Shown here: one piece after another, positions 1-12,620 of the stretch
How the letters are laid out: each line of letters starts with the position of its first letter
Position numbering within the stretch: position 1 is the first letter of the stretch
Assembly: GCA_051942245.1 (NCBI GenBank)
Contig: JAVECL010000223.1
Location: forward strand, 1 to 34,869
Reading direction: 5' to 3'
DNA length: 34,869 nucleotides
Source of the DNA: Trypethelium eluteriae
Lineage: Eukaryota
Position numbers and translations under genes: made by a program
The notes under the pieces: model-generated
The model's input: the letters and a program-made list of their open reading frames with translations, nothing else
What the model was told of the DNA's origin: nothing
The model's database searches: none

Positions 1-2
1 GC

Positions 3-644
3 GGCGCTGCAGGAGGCAAGGGGAGGAGGGCGAAGGGGAAGAGGCCGTATCGCCGTGGAGACGGGAGCAGTGCGATGAAGGGCGGGACGCCGGCTGAGAG
101 CCCCGCGGAGGCGAGTCAGCGCATGCTGGAGAGGTATGGCAATAAGGGCTATAGTCGGCATATCAATTATGAGCGCCTGAATCAGATCTATCGCGGGAGT
201 GGGAAGAGGAAGAGGGGGGGGGACGGCAGCTCTGTGAGTGGTGGAGGGTCGCCTACGCGGACGGAGACTGGGTCGGCGACGTCGTCGAGGGCCGGGTCGG
301 AGGCGCCGACTGAGGTGGTCTCGGTGAGGAGTGAGAGTCCGGCGGAATCGGTGGTGTCGACTTCGCCGGCGCCGTCTGCTGGTGGGCAGCAGGCGAGGCA
401 GGGGCCGGAAGAGAGACAGGCGACGGGAGGCGCTCCGGAAGAGGTCATGGTGATCGCGGATGATGAGGAGATCGTGGATGAGGAGTTGCGGCGCGAGTTG
501 GAAGAAGAAGAGGAGGTACTGGTTGAGGATGATGATGAAGATGTTGGCGATGCGATCAGAGAGGAGGACATTGATATGGGAGAGGACGATATGGACGGTT
601 GGACTCAGTATGTTGGTGATGATAATGTTGACGAGGACTTTTGA
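3..644 (+). CDS. BRF1: 3' end of TFIIIB subunit Brf1 (5'-truncated by window)
   Basis: Frame is open from position 3. PAESPAEASQRMLERYGNKGYSRHINYERLNQIY resembles the Brf1 C-terminal TBP-binding block (A-E-A-x-x-x-M-L...S-K-K-I-N-Y), followed by a Ser-rich linker and very acidic tail. Stop TGA 642-644. Confidence 0.72.
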   Translation, partial: GAAGGKGRRAKGKRPYRRGDGSSAMKGGTPAESPAEASQRMLERYGNKGYSRHINYERLNQIYRGSGKRKRGGDGSSVSGGGSPTRTETGSATSSRAGSEAPTEVVSVRSESPAESVVSTSPAPSAGGQQARQGPEERQATGGAPEEVMVIADDEEIVDEELRRELEEEEEVLVEDDDEDVGDAIREEDIDMGEDDMDGWTQYVGDDNVDEDF

Positions 645-955
645 GGCATGTAATACTGCGTATAATGCCCTACTTACCAGCAGCATTGGCATTGGCGGGC
701 TTTTGTACCTTACCCCATGCGTGCTTGTACGCGCTTGTTGCATTTCAGGCAAGGTGTTGGAAGATGTAACGCGGAATTGGGGTATCGTTAGCATGTAAAA
801 CGCATAGGTCGATACCCATGATACAAGAGCTTCATCCTTTATCTTATCGCCAGGATCCTACAGTTCCATTGCTAACGTCTTGCTGATCCCTCCTCTCATC
901 TTAACTAATCTTACATAGAAGGGCCTGGGTTTCCTTTACTTCTTCAGATTGACTT

Positions 956-2728
956 TTACGTCCCTGACTTCTTTAGGTAGATGTGACTGAAGACTTCGAA
1001 GTTGTCGTCGAGAACCATCTCTAGGTTGTCTATCGGCGGCAACTGGAGACCATTGCCAGGCTTCGGAAAGTGAGCGGGTGGATCGGATTCATAGCCATTG
1101 TCGGAAAGCTCGTCGACCTCTGCCCCTGCTTGCGTGTCGGCAACGTCTTTTCTTTTGCTCTTGTTGGGCGGCATGTACTGTATCTTTGTAGTGTCCGTAA
1201 TCTGGACTGGGTGTGGAAGACCAGCAACAGTACGCTTTGACTGCTCAGTAACCGATGGCAAATTCGGCGCTATGGTGTTGCCCTTCGGCTGTGGAGCTGG
1301 TTCCTCAGGCTGTGTTGATTGGATCAATGATTGTGTCTGGACGACTCCTTTTGGAACAGACGTTTGTTCTCTTAGATCAAATACAGGCAGATCAGGATGT
1401 CGATCACACGCTAAGAGAAGAAAAGATACCAGCGTTGAGTTCGGTAGAGAGGAAAAATATGCCGATTTCTACTCGTAAGTCAGCTGTGGAGGTTCCTCCA
1501 GGTTTCGCATGAAAATTTTGAGTGCTATGCCCATACCTCTTCGTAAGAGAGCGTTTGTCCACTGACTAGCTTTGGGACAGTCGGACTCTCCGCATGAGGA
1601 TGCTCCTCAACCTCAGAAACAAAAGCATCCTGATCCTTGGTGGGTGAGGATTCTTTGCTCCTCATGCAGGCAACGCAAAACCATTCTTTATCTACAATAG
1701 CCACGACCTCGCTCGGAATCGGTGGATTATGACAGTATTGGTGGTAAGGAGTGTTGCATCCGTCACAGAAGACAATCATGTTCTTGTCTGGGCTATATCC
1801 TCGTCTACACGTTTTGCACACGCTGGACTCAAGCACTCGACGACCGCCTCGTTTCCTCTTAGCACCAGACGGTGGAGATGAAGGTCGCGGGGGAGAAAAT
1901 TGAGTTGGCTTCTGTACGTTCCGACCGGACTTTGTAATGGTCGTCAGAGGCGTATAGGATGCAGATATATCCGAACCCTTTGAATCGGGGCTTTGTCAGC
2001 GTCATCTTGACTGCTCAGGAATGAAGCATTTTGAAGGGGTGAATTCGACTTCGCGAATCTCATACCTCACTGTCGTCGCTCCCTGCTCTTCTCCTCTTTC
2101 TTGGTCTACCTCCACCACGCCCCCTTCCCCGGCCAGAACCCCGACCCCGACTCAATCCATTAACCTGTGTAGGACCAGGGTTAGGCATGGAAGTGGTTGA
2201 TCCGTTCGTCTCGCCATTTAGGGGTGCTCTAATAGATGAAACTTTACCACCTCTTGAGCCTCCGCGGCCTCCTCTCGTACTTCCTCTGACTGGTGGTAGG
2301 ATAGATGGCACCTTCTGAGTAGTAACCATGTCTCTCAAAACTGCTTCTCTTGCCCAGTCCAATGCTGGAGGATTTTTGCCAACTCGCTTTACGATTTCTT
2401 CCGTGGAGGCTGATAGTTGCAAGCCTGTTTCATGAGGAACCGGCTTCTCTTTTTGAGCTGGTCCTTCTATCCACCTATAGATTGGCTCATCCTCATCCTC
2501 TTCTGAGCTTTCCGGTTGCGGTGGGTCGCGAGGAACTTGTTTGAGAGCTTGCTTGATTACCTTGTCCATCCAATTATCTATGGCGTTCTGGATATGCGCT
2601 GGCGGAGGTGAGGTGCCATGGTTCGCTCTCTTCGATTGGGGAGGGGGTTGCGGCGAAGCCCTAGAAGTGGGCACTGCAACACCCTCTCTTGGAGGCACAC
2701 GGGAAGGCCATACATGTTGATAAGGCAT
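956..2728 (-). CDS. PHD-finger chromatin protein (Phf1/Phf2-like) with RG-rich/AT-hook-like segment
   Basis: Exons 2728-2066, 1977-1537, 1468-956 with GT-AG introns and GCTGAC branch sites, about 538 aa. C4HC3 PHD: CKTC...FCDGCNTPYHQYC...WFCVAC. GRGRGGGRPRKRRR upstream. Start codon uncertain: 2728 is the first in-frame ATG; the track start at 2743 is GTG. Confidence 0.8.
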
Positions 2729-3249
2729 TGGATTGTCATTCACGCCTCAATGGCATTTGCTTACAGCGTAAAAAGGACGAACTTTCTAAAGTCCATTGGC
2801 CGCATTACGCAGAAAATCGTTCGGGGATGAAGAAAGCCGGAAGGCGGACCGAGCTCGATCCCTCCGTGCCCTTCCCTACCTTTTTCGCTCTAGCACCACC
2901 TCTCTCGCCTGGGCAGACACAACGCCAACTGATGGGCTTGGTCCTAAGACTAAGGATATCTCTAGGGTTACAGGAGTTTTCTAAAGCAAGTATTTGAAAT
3001 TGACAGAACACCAGGGGTAAAATAGGACATGTCGATGGTAACAAGCCTGGCTAATACTGGTGGTGCTTACTTGGTATCTGGCTGCGATATATTCGGAAGG
3101 GTCCCTGCAACGCAGTTCGAGAATAGTTGACAAGAATTCGGTGGGAGCTACGGCCAGCAATGGCAGAAAAGCTAGGTATGTTGTCCTTGCGCCTTGGTGT
3201 GCATCATCGACAATTCTGATGTCACCCTGGTGGGAAGGCTTTGTGTATT

Positions 3250-4921
3250 TCATGACACTACTCCTTCACTTCGCAGACTATCTACATCCGACTCACTCAG
3301 ACCGAGTATATGTTTCAATATTTCATCCGAGTGTTGGCCGAGAGTTGGCGGGGGCGTCCTCACTCCAGGCGTCGACTCTGAATATTTGACTGGAGTATTG
3401 ATGAGCTTCATTGGTCCACATGTGGGATGTTCAACTTCAACGACCATCTCTCTGGCACGAACTACTGGGAATTAGTCACGAGCAATTGTCTGTTTCATCG
3501 ATGTAGCTTACCGTGTTCATTTTCGAGTGTGGACTTGACGTCGTTGATCGGCGCATAAGGCATGCCGCTGCCCTCGAGGATGGTCAGCCATTCCTTAGTC
3601 GTTTTGAGCTTGGTTATCTCCTCGATCATGCTTTCAAGCATATTGCGATGCTTGACTCGAAGTGGATTTGTTGTGAATCGTTCATCTTGCGCCCATTGTG
3701 GTTGGCCCAGTTTCTCGCAAAGAACTCCAAAGAGGCGATCATTCCCGCCACCTATGAGAATATCGCCGTCCGAGGTCTTGAATGCCTTGTAGGGGACAAT
3801 TGAGGCTATATCAGTCAGCATTGGCAAATTCGGATGCCGAAGTCACTTACGATGAGCTGTACCCCATCGCCCACTGTCTTTCTGACCACTTATCAGCACA
3901 GAACTTGCTATATTTGCAAGTGTTGCCACTTGGCAGTCGCTTAACGAAGCGTCGATGTGCTGTCCCCTCCCAGTACGTCCACGACCGATCAGAGCGGCCA
4001 TGATGGAATTCGACGTATAAAGGCCCGTAGTGAGATCAGTGACTGCGACGCCTACTTTCACTGGTGGTCCATCTCTGGCTCCAGTTATATGCATCAAACC
4101 CATTTCCCTAGGATCGCATAAGTACTGGTTCAATCGTTGAGTCTGTGAACGGGTCTCACGCTTCAACCATGACATCGTAGCCAGCTCGTTTCTTGTAAGG
4201 TCCTGTCTGACCATATCCCGTTATGCTTGCGTAGATGAGGGATGGATTGACTTTTGACAAAGACTCATAATCGAGACCGTACTTTTTCAATCCTCCAGGA
4301 ATGTAATTTTCGACCAAAACATCAGAATCCTTCGCAAGTCTATGTATGATGTCTACACCTGCTGGATGCGCAAATGACAGGCCTAGGGACTTCTTATTGC
4401 GATTGACCTTTTCTGGTTAGCATGATTGACAGTGGATCTGGACTGTAGGTAGTACCGCCAAGAAGTATGCGCTTTCACCAGCACCTTTAGATGCATTCCG
4501 GTATTTTGCGTATGGCGGACCCCAAGCTCTCGTATCGTCTCCTCGAGTTGGATGTTCGACCTTGATGACTTCTGCTCTATTCGGAACCGTTTCTATTAGG
4601 ATAATGCGATCATTTGCCAACCTCGGAGGAGGTGGTCATACTAGGCTTTACACGGCATACCCAAGATCCCCAAGAATTTGTGTGCAATACGGCTGTTGGC
4701 AGCGACGTCAATGTATTTCCACTGATAATATCGAGGTCTTGTAGACATACTCCGGCGAGTACTCGAGTTAGATCGAGCACTCTGATCCCTGCCAAGGGAA
4801 GTGAACCGCCGCCCGCTGCTTGAGTCACAGTCGCAAAGTGCCTGCCTCGAAGATGACTCCCATTGTTTGAGGTCTGCAAGAGTATTCGATTCAATGCATA
4901 GCGGAAATTCAGCAAAGACAT
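3250..4921 (-). CDS. Family III (CaiB/BaiF) CoA-transferase, SUGCT-like, probably mitochondrial
   Basis: 7 exons: 4921-4751, 4692-4661, 4576-4456, 4407-4160, 4107-3851, 3805-3512, 3461-3250, giving 444 aa in frame. Motifs [58 protein letters not shown] (catalytic Asp), PPTLGQH. Arg/Ser/Leu-rich N-terminus resembles a presequence. Confidence 0.92.
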
Positions 4922-5163
4922 TTCCGAATACAGTGGGGGGAAAGGTCGCATCCGGTGAGAGGTGAGCGAGGATTGGGTACGGAGTTAGCTGCCCATGAAG
5001 GCCCCACCTGGAGGATCGACCGAGGTTTACGGAGTACTTTGGCATCCCAAATTTCATCATCTATTCGTCAGCTCTATAGCTCTAAGACCCTGCACCTTAG
5101 TTCGCTTAGCTTGAGCCTGGGACAGGTATCGCAGCCGAAAGAAAACTTCATCCATTGTCAAGC

Positions 5164-5927
5164 ATGTTCACTGGAATCGTGGAAACCATTGGAAGTGAGC
5201 GCACCCCTTTCCCTCCATAATCAAATGCTCCAGCTAAGCTGACTTGCAGGCAGCTGTCTCTACACTAGAGAAGCAGGATGATACTTCAAGCGGAGGCGGA
5301 GGCACATCCTTAACAATCAGTGGTGCGGAGGAAATACTTAGCGATGCCCATCTTGGCGATAGCATCAGCATAAATGGCACTTGTCTTACGATTACCGAAT
5401 TCGAGAAATCGTCGTTCAAAGTTGGAGTTTCGCCCGAGACTCTTCGCCGTACCAATCTAGGATCACTCAAGCAGCACTCAGAGGTAAATCTTGAGCGAGC
5501 AGTCTCAGCTTCTACTCGCATGGGCGGACATTTTGTGCAAGGACATGTGGACACCATAGCCTCCATTATCTCCGTGACGCCAGATGGCAACGCCTTGACA
5601 TTTCGACTCCAGTCACGCGACAAAGGTGTATTGCGATATATTGTGGAAAAGGGCTATGTGACGCTTGACGGAGCAAGCCTGACGGTGACTCAGGTCGAAG
5701 ATGACGCGGGCTGGTTTGAGGTTATGTTAATTGCATATACCCAGGAGAGAGTAGTAATGGCCGCGAAAAGGCCAGGGGAAGATGTCAATGTCGAAGTTGA
5801 CATGGTAGGCAAATACGTCGAGAAGAGCGTGGCTGGCTATTTTGCGGGAGTACAAGGCCAGGAAATGCCGATTTTGGAAAAGTTGGTATCTCGCATCCTA
5901 AGTGAGAAAGGTATCAAATCTGGTTAG
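5164..5927 (+). CDS. RIB5: Riboflavin synthase
   Basis: Exon 1 5164-5194 encodes the diagnostic MFTGIVE start (missed by ORF track). Intron 5195-5253, exon 2 5254-5927. GDSISINGTCLT, VNLERA, GGHFVQGHVD, VNVEVDMVGKY; 234 aa. Confidence 0.96.
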
Positions 5928-6179
5928 TGGTGTATTAGCATGTTTGTAAAGCGGTGCAGTGATATCAGGCCTGAATCAAGGGTCATGAACACGAAAAGGA
6001 TCCAGGTGACGCAGCTGTGAGACCAGGGAAGTTTGTCGCGCCAGGGGAGTCGCGTGTTTCCCGCCCGCCTAATTGAACTCCGATATTTTTTCTTGTACAA
6101 CACGAAATCCACCCGATCTCTTTCTCACAGATACCTCATTTATTTCATTCGTTCACTGTCGCACAGAGCTCGCCACGGC

Positions 6180-7554
<1,375 letters not shown>

Positions 7555-7978
7555 TCCACTCTTTGTGTAAGTTCAACCTTCGGAGACGAGACTCCACGGA
7601 AACGAATATTCTTTTTTTCATCCTCCAGCCATGTTCAGTGCATCTTACAACCTCGACTGGCTATAACAGTGGAGCTTCTGGGAAAGCAGTTTATGATGTC
7701 CAGTAGCATTGTGAGCCTATTGCTTCTCCAAGGCGAATTTTGGATTATCCACGCTGAGCTAAATATATAGAGCGATAGGAAAGTTCGGGCATTTCGAGCA
7801 TGGAGTAGGAGGAGTCTACATGTGTTCATAGAAGGCTTCGATCATGCCCTTGCAGGATGTAGTTGGCTTGGATGAGACAAATATCGCCAGTAGCCAATGT
7901 ACTTTCCGCCAGGCTCTTGGCAACCCTCTTACATTCCATATCTGAACTGCAGCTGTGACCGTCCTGCCGTGATACTGC

Positions 7979-8980
7979 CTATTCATCCATCTGCCACGCA
8001 TACTCCAAGTCCCTAATATTCTCCTTCCGATTCCTCGCCGCAAAATACTTCTTCTCAAACCCATTACTCCGATCCACCCCATCCCACCGATGCCCCGGCC
8101 GAATCCCATACCGGTTCGGCGCACTCGACCCCTGATACAACGGCTTCCCCGTCGCACTCTTGCCCCCCTTCTTCTTCTTCACCAGAAACCCCGCCGCGGG
8201 ATCGTTCCAACGCTCCCTCTCCTTCAACTCCGCATTCATCTCCTCATCATCCGCCCGCCGTGCCACCGTCATGTACTTCGCCTCCCGCAGATCCTGCTTC
8301 TTGCGCTCCTCCTCCGCCCGCTGCACATCGCCCTTCCTCGCCTCCACCTCCTCCCGCTTCTTCCGCGCCTCCTCCTCCGCCGCCCGCCGCGCCTCCGCCC
8401 GCTTCATCGCCACGTTGATGATCCGCCCCGACGCATCGCGGTAGATCGTCTCCTGCGCTGCGCCTCCCCGGCCCTCCGCCGTCGCCTTCGCGAGCTCCGC
8501 CTGCTCTTCTGCCTGCCGCTCGGCTAGCGCTGCCGCCACCTGCTCTTTCGTCTGCAGGCCTGCGTGCGTGCCATCGGCCATTTTCATAGGCTTGCTGGTG
8601 GTAGCTTGAGTAGAGACGGTCTCCACGATTGCGGGGGCTTCGTCGTCCGCGGCGCCAGCGCCAGCGGTGCGGGCTTCTTGGGCGGCGGAGGCGAGGATCG
8701 CGTCGGCGGCGGCTTGCTCGGCGTTGCTGGGGGCGGGCGCGCCGATGGTCTTCCAGTTGTTCTTCTTGGCTTTGCGGAATTCGGCGGTTTGGCCGGAGGC
8801 GAGAGTTGCGGTAATGTCGTCGGGGTTAAGGGTGTTGAGGTCGTGGGTTGTCCATCCTGAGATGTCATCTTCGGCGATGGTGAGGCCAGCGGATGCTTCC
8901 TTTCTCTTCCGCTTTTTGCCTTTCTTTTCAGATTTATCGGCTGTGAGGTAATGTTTGGCGAGGTAGTCTACTCGAGACAT
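7979..8980 (-). CDS. BUD13: RES complex pre-mRNA splicing factor Bud13/Cwc26
   Basis: Single 333-aa ORF with YLAKHYL, ETIYRDASGR, RWNDPA and PNRYGIRPGHRWDGVDRSNGFE. Confidence 0.95.
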   Translation of the reverse strand: MSRVDYLAKHYLTADKSEKKGKKRKRKEASAGLTIAEDDISGWTTHDLNTLNPDDITATLASGQTAEFRKAKKNNWKTIGAPAPSNAEQAAADAILASAAQEARTAGAGAADDEAPAIVETVSTQATTSKPMKMADGTHAGLQTKEQVAAALAERQAEEQAELAKATAEGRGGAAQETIYRDASGRIINVAMKRAEARRAAEEEARKKREEVEARKGDVQRAEEERKKQDLREAKYMTVARRADDEEMNAELKERERWNDPAAGFLVKKKKGGKSATGKPLYQGSSAPNRYGIRPGHRWDGVDRSNGFEKKYFAARNRKENIRDLEYAWQMDE

Positions 8981-9461
8981 TTTGGGGAATCACCGACGCA
9001 GAAGGTGAGATGGTAGATTTCGCAGACCCGAGGATGGAGTAGATTGGAGGGAGAGTGGGGTGGTGCAGTAAGAACCTCGATCTTTCAAAGTATCCTCTGA
9101 CCACCTGAACATCGAACCCCCGATCCCTTCAATCCTTCTTTAGGGTGTGGGTTGGATCGCATTAGCCGTGCCCGCAGACTCTGAACGTCCCTCCGTTATT
9201 GGAAAATGCGCAGGTTGCCGAAGTTCGGCCAAGCTACTAGGTCTCCGTGCGGCCCTGTCATAAATTAATTCATAGAGCCATGAGAGCTCCACCTAACTTT
9301 AGAAACCTGACTAATGAGCAGTATGCCTCTTTCGCAATACATAACGAAGTAGATATAAACCAACGCAATATCTCAACCTCACAAGCACTCTAGCCAGGCC
9401 CTTTGCGAGCCCTTGATCTTCTATTTTGCGATCATTTCCATCTTACCCCACACTACTGGAT

Positions 9462-9496
9462 CACGTGCGGTCGCGTGTCAAGCGTTGAGATCGCGT
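9462..9496. promoter_or_regulatory. Candidate E-box plus two MCB/SCB-like CGCG elements in the BUD13/ATL1 divergent promoter
   Basis: CACGTG at 9462-9467; TCGCGT (ACGCGA on minus) at 9471-9476 and 9491-9496, about 180-215 nt upstream of the ATL1 ATG. Confidence 0.35.
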
Positions 9497-9676
9497 CACG
9501 CTCAGGCAAGAGTCACACTGAAAGCTATCAGGTAGTCCAGATTACGCACCATACTTTCGTCGACATTAAATCCACCCGAATCGACTGGGAGTCACAGGGG
9601 ATCCGACATTTGTGCACCTCTCCAGGCATCTGTAGTGAAGCCACATGATCGTCGGTTCTGGTAGCCTTACCTACTC

Positions 9677-10336
9677 ATGCCACGCTCTGACGAAGCTGCC
9701 GCCTGGTTCTCAGCCGTTTACTCTGCTGTCAGAGAAATACCTCCTGGTAGAGTCACATCCTATGGTAGGTACAACTGAGGTGAATTGAGGTCATCCAATG
9801 GGTTTCATCTGACTTCAAATAAAACAGGCCACATTGCGTATCTCTTAGGAAAACGTACGTGCAATACCCCAACTTTGACTTGATTCGTCAAGCTCATACA
9901 GTCCTCGATGATAGCTCAGTGTCCGAGGTAAAGTAGGATGTGGGAATGGTATACCGATAATGTTGGACTAAACCTCTTAGACAAGTTGGTGTTTGCTTGA
10001 AGCATCTACCAAGCGCAAGCGACGACAATCCATATCACGATGATAATGTGCCTTGGCAGCGAGTTATCAATAGCAAGGGAGGAATTAGCCCAAGGTCAGT
10101 ATTGCGATACGGGTCCGGAGGTTTGATTAACAGAGCGAAGAGGTCCCAGTGGCGCGAGTCGCCAGGCTGACGCATTGAGGCAAGAAGGTGTGCAAGTTCA
10201 ACAAGGAAGCCTGGGAGAGTTTTTTATCGACTTTGCCACTTATGGATGGTTCCCTGATACGTTACCAAGCGATGACGCTGAATTCAGCGGAAGCGATGCC
10301 AATGCTTCTGCTGAGACTGAAGCCGAAGGCGTTTGA
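9677..10336 (+). CDS. ATL1: Alkyltransferase-like protein (Atl1/YbaZ, MGMT family without catalytic Cys)
   Basis: Absent from the ORF track. Exons 9677-9764, 9828-9854, 9915-9927, 9981-10094, 10141-10336 splice in frame to 145 aa: MPRSDEAAAWFSAVYSAVREIPPGRVTSYGHIAYLLGKPQCPRQVG...VPWQRVINSKGGISPR...QADALRQEGV...YGWFP. Trp replaces the Cys of PCHRV. Confidence 0.93.
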
Positions 10337-11074
10337 TGAGTGAACGGCATGAAACAGGTGTACGTGACGAACGATAAAGGAGGGGAAGCACACCTACTAC
10401 GCCTATCGACGACGGTAGCGCCGCACGTGCAATGTCTGTTTGCTGTGGGCGGGTGAGACCGAGACGACATGCTCAGTTCAGCTTTCGCTGGGATGAAAGG
10501 AACATTACCTACCTAGGCAGAAAGCTGTGCGCGGGGTGGCCGATTGTAGCAGATTCCGGCTTGCAGGGTAAACAGAATATAAAACAGCTCAAGGAGCATG
10601 GAAAACCTGAGACTCGTACGAAGATTTTCCAATAAGCAACTAAAGATAGTCAGTATCCAAGAAAAGGTAAAAGGGTCAAACAAGCCGCAAGGCATAAATT
10701 AATAACCGGGAATGCGTCAGATGGCGTTCCTGGCAGAGTGGCTGAGAAAGATGGCAAAAAGATCGAATCAGAGGTCGGATTATCCAAGAAGCTATGACCA
10801 TCACGAGCGCCGGCTACCGGATCTTGATGACAACAGCTTGCGCGACATGGCGCATGACGCCGTCGGCGCTGCCCTTTGTCCTTATCGCTCTTCATGCCTG
10901 GTACCTGCTTGGTTGAACACCCTTTCACCACCTACTTGTCCAAGGTTCCCCTCCAAGAACCCCCTCTTCTGAACGCCTTGGAGGCTTCCCGATTGTTAAG
11001 TCCCCCAATTGCCACCTATCCTCCACAGAGCACTTTCTGGCTTCTTCCATCATTCCGATTGCCTTCCTTCCTCG

Positions 11075-11135
11075 TGACTCACTTGTTCACGACAAGGCTT
11101 CACCCGTACGAGCCACCTGCCTTCCGTAGAGTCAT
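11075..11135. promoter_or_regulatory. Two candidate Gcn4/CpcA (AP-1-type) sites
   Basis: TGACTCA at 11075-11081 and GAGTCAT (ATGACTC on minus) at 11129-11135, upstream of the 11314 gene. Confidence 0.4.
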
Positions 11136-11313
11136 CTGCTACTCCAGTCAAGCTCGGTCATCTCGATCCGTCCTCCTCTTCGTCCGATAACCTCTCCTTC
11201 CAACTTCTTCCACCCTCTTCGTCCCTATAGAACATCTGCAGGGATCCAAGAGCTTTTCTAGCCAAGTGTTCTCAACCTTTGGGATATCCTTGGAACCATC
11301 TCTTCTCCACACT

Positions 11314-11946
11314 ATGTCCGCTGAGCCAACCTTCTCCACTGAAGACCTCCGCAGTCATTCCATCGAGCACAAGCGCGATCACGAACAGAAGCAGAAGTGG
11401 GCTCTCGGTGAATACGAAACACAGAACGGAAAGAGACGTCCTCGCGGCCAGTCCCCTCAGCGGTGAGTTCTTACCTACCATCGCCAGTTCTGAAACCAGA
11501 GATACCGAATGAGAGAGAAAGTCGTAAAGCTGACAATTTCTCGTAGCGTCACCGCGGCCATCCGTCGTCAGACCGGCAAGCACCTTGCGTCTCTTGAGCA
11601 CCGCGACAAGATCGCTCGCAAACAGGACATCATTGGCGAACAGTCCAGCGCCGACTCCTCAGCAGATGAGGACGTCGTCGAGACCTCTGCTGCACCAGAG
11701 CCCGATGCCGGCATAACATACTCCTATGATGCAGCTCACGGACCCAGTGGAGGAAGCCAGGTGCTCAGCCAAGCTCTAGCCAAGGCTGTCGAGCGCTTTG
11801 AGAACCACGAGACCGACAAACTTGTCAAGGAGCAGTATGAAGTCTTGGATACTGAAGGCGAGATCGTCGAGCGTCACGCCGCCAAGAAAGGCAATGCGAG
11901 GACTGGAAAGGCACCAGTCGACGAGGAAGAGTACGAATTTGTTTAG
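11314..11946 (+). CDS. Hypothetical small hydrophilic fungal protein (182 aa)
   Basis: Exons 11314-11462 and 11547-11946. Intron GTGAGT...GCTGAC...TAG joins the two track ORFs in frame. C-ending codon bias. Block YSYDAAHGPSGGSQVLSQALAKAVERFENHETDKLVKEQYEVL looks constrained. Confidence 0.8.
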
Positions 11947-12620
11947 GGCATATGGTATCTGGCGTTGATGGATTTGCGAAAGCTGTAGACGATACAGTTC
12001 ACACTGGTTCGACGATTAGGATATACATTGGCGTTGTCTCCTACTTCTTTTGATTGTCATTTTAGCCATGTTGACATAGGGAGAGGATGTCGCTGGAGCG
12101 TCCACACTCGTTTGAATCAAAGCTCCTGTTTAGCTGTGGCCGGCGGTGGTTGGCTTCGAGGAACCTAGATTTCTTGTGATCAATTTAATAATAGACACGT
12201 TCAACTAATCATCTGAATGATTTCCTCACACCAAAGTGTAAGGTGGCTGGTCATGCACGCGTGTGTGGAGTACTCCGTACGAAGAGGAAATTGAATCGTG
12301 GGCGGATCTTTGGTGTGCGGGATTGTGCGCCAATCCTATCTGAGAATGACAGCCGCTTGGCCGAAGGGGACCAAAGTAGCGAGGATACGTCATCTGCTCG
12401 TCCCTGATAACCCTTTTCATGTGGATACGGCCCTGGGCAAAACGGCATACGCCAGAGGCATGCAGGCATTGGGTCCGGAGGCAGTGCAAAGGGACCTCGC
12501 TCTTACAAATTACATTTCGTTCTGCATGAGCTTGCATCTTCTTCACCGTCGCCATTGAAACTTCCCTATTCTTCTACAACTCACATCTTCCTTCACGCTC
12601 TCTGGAGGCAAAGAATTAAC

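Noticed and set aside
4922..5163. Riboswitch or metabolic link between RIB5 and the divergent CoA-transferase
   Set aside because: No recognisable FMN or TPP aptamer motifs, and short divergent promoters are common in this window.
6033..6179. In-frame TTG-initiated Arg-rich N-terminal extension of HMT1
   Set aside because: Runs through probable promoter and 5' UTR sequence; ATG 6180 already gives a normal-length protein and nothing supports non-AUG initiation.
8090..8951. Multiple overlapping ORFs over BUD13, and similar ones antisense to BRF1, SLH1, AFG2 and the helicase
   Set aside because: Shadow ORFs caused by codon bias of the real genes; no recognisable motifs.
10723..10775. tRNA-like A box (TGGCAGAGTGG) followed by a B-box-like GATCGAATCA
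   Set aside because: Spacing is only about 20 nt, the B box is mismatched, and no cloverleaf or acceptor stem can be formed.
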